Source: Mobula hypostoma
Taxonomy: Eukaryota
Direction: 5' to 3'
Length of the DNA stretch: 64,000 bases
Assembly (NCBI RefSeq): GCF_963921235.1
Contig: NC_086118.1
Span: forward strand, 27,344,001 to 27,408,000
The notes under the pieces are model-generated. The model searched no databases, was not told the DNA's origin, and worked only from the letters and a program-made list of their open reading frames with translations. The translations under genes and the position numbers were made by a program. Below are positions 62,550-64,000 of the stretch, in pieces; position 1 is the stretch's first letter, and each line of letters opens with the position of its first letter.

Positions 62550-64000
62550 TATATACAGACAGGATATAGGAAATGGCAAGTATTTTGTCAGCTCTGGCAC
62601 CTACAAAATTAGCACTGCACCCCTGGAGTTAGATGGGATTAGTTTAAACTGTTATTATGATTGAAAAAGATATCATGGGATAAAGGGCCTTTTCTGAACA
62701 ATTCTATGTTTTAAGTTGTTATCGATGTTTCATAACGTAGGAACACTGATATTCATCCTGTAGCAATATCATGTCAAATATTTTCTAAGTAAGCTCAAGT
62801 TTTGATTCAACTGAACTCCAATCTTGTATACAGAAACTAAGTTTCACATTAGACCAAATGTTGTAAAGGGCCCATATGATAAGAAAAAGAACTTAAAACG
62901 GTGTTTCATTTTACGGCATCCTATATTACATATATTCAGAACAAACATATTTTCAGAAAGTTTTCATAGGTTTTCTTTCTGAGCAATGTAATTGCTTCCA
63001 CTGCTGCAAGCCAATTAAATGCACTTAGATGGTCTACAAGTGCAGTGGTAATGAACACAGCAGTTTTCCTCTTGTATATTCTTTGACACTGATTATCATT
63101 ACAATGGAAATGCCATCTGCTACATCAAAGCACAAAATAATGTGATACAGCAGTACATTTAAAAACAATCCATTGATCAGTGCAATATCTGAAGGTTTGT
63201 ATCACATGGATGGTTTGCACACCAATATAAAAATCTGCCAAATCGCCACTATTGTCTATAACATATGTTCTTGTACGTGGTGTCTTGAATATTTTACCAG
63301 CTGTCTTTCAGTATTTTGCAGAATAAAGTTGCTGTTTCACTAATATCCTTTGGAGTGCTCTGTTCAATTAGATGAACATGATATAAAAGTAATTTTATTT
63401 TTCTATATTTTTGAAAAATGTTTAATAAAAATGAAATAGATTATCAGTTTTATTATATGCAGATTAATGATGAAGGTTGATTTATTATAACCCTACATAT
63501 TAATTTTGAATGACTTAGTTCTGTAAGCCAGTGGTTATTATAATAATCTTGAAAATCTTGATACAGTTATCATTAAGGCGCTGTTAATGATTAGCCCAGG
63601 TTACTCATCAGAATAAGACGTGTTTCCTTCTGTCTATGAAGTGGCCCAGTGTAGAGACTGAAAGGGCAGAAATTATTTCTTGACTGCTTTCTCTCAATGC
63701 ACATATGATAGTAGTTTCGTTATCATTGAATCAAAGAAGCTCTAATCAGCTTCTGAACCTAGATTCTTTAGAAGTTAATTGAGCTGTATTTCAGAAATGA
63801 AATGCAATAAATGACATGCCATGACCTTCATACTAGCAGACTGAACCACAAAGGAAGAAACAGTGCAGACTCAAGTTCAGATGACCAGTGATCTCAGGTC
63901 GGAGGTAAAATGTTATGATCTAAATTAGCTTAAAATTTTGAAAAATGATCACGAAGCAAATGAAACCTTTGTAGTAGCTGTGCATGACTGAATATATAAT

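Larger units (their letters stand above)
58578..62625 (+). mobile_element. hAT DNA transposon (KIAA1586/ZNF862-like transposase), inserted in an old CR1 3' end and carrying nested insertions
   Basis: TIRs CAGGGTGCAGTGC and GCACTGCACCCCTG; degenerate TSD CTGTTAGC/GAGTTAGA; CR1-like 3' sequence on both flanks. Confidence 0.8.

Overview
Repeat-dense vertebrate non-coding DNA (intron or intergenic). It is most likely from a cartilaginous fish (shark or ray), inferred from the CR1, V-SINE-like and Penelope repertoire rather than from a search. I could not identify any host-gene exon; all recognisable ORFs come from transposons. Contents: (1) a full-length CR1 LINE nested in a second near-full-length CR1 (17.8-25.8 kb); (2) many Penelope-like element (PLE) insertions carrying minimal hammerhead ribozymes and 9-15 bp target-site duplications (TSDs); (3) a 5'-truncated L1; (4) six solo LTRs and one old two-LTR element with PBS and PPT; (5) nested hAT elements and MITEs; (6) a TIR-bounded KIAA1586/ZNF862-like hAT transposon whose N-terminus is joined in frame to a Tigger/pogo DNA-binding region. 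Best leads: a conserved U_UUA_AAC_UAA slippery site with an AUG-less -1 ORF2 in two divergent CR1 families (candidate programmed -1 frameshift), the Tigger-hAT chimera, and the PLE hammerheads, including a 317-bp two-family bidirectional ribozyme cassette. Coordinates were counted by hand and may be off by a few bases; family names come from motif recognition only.
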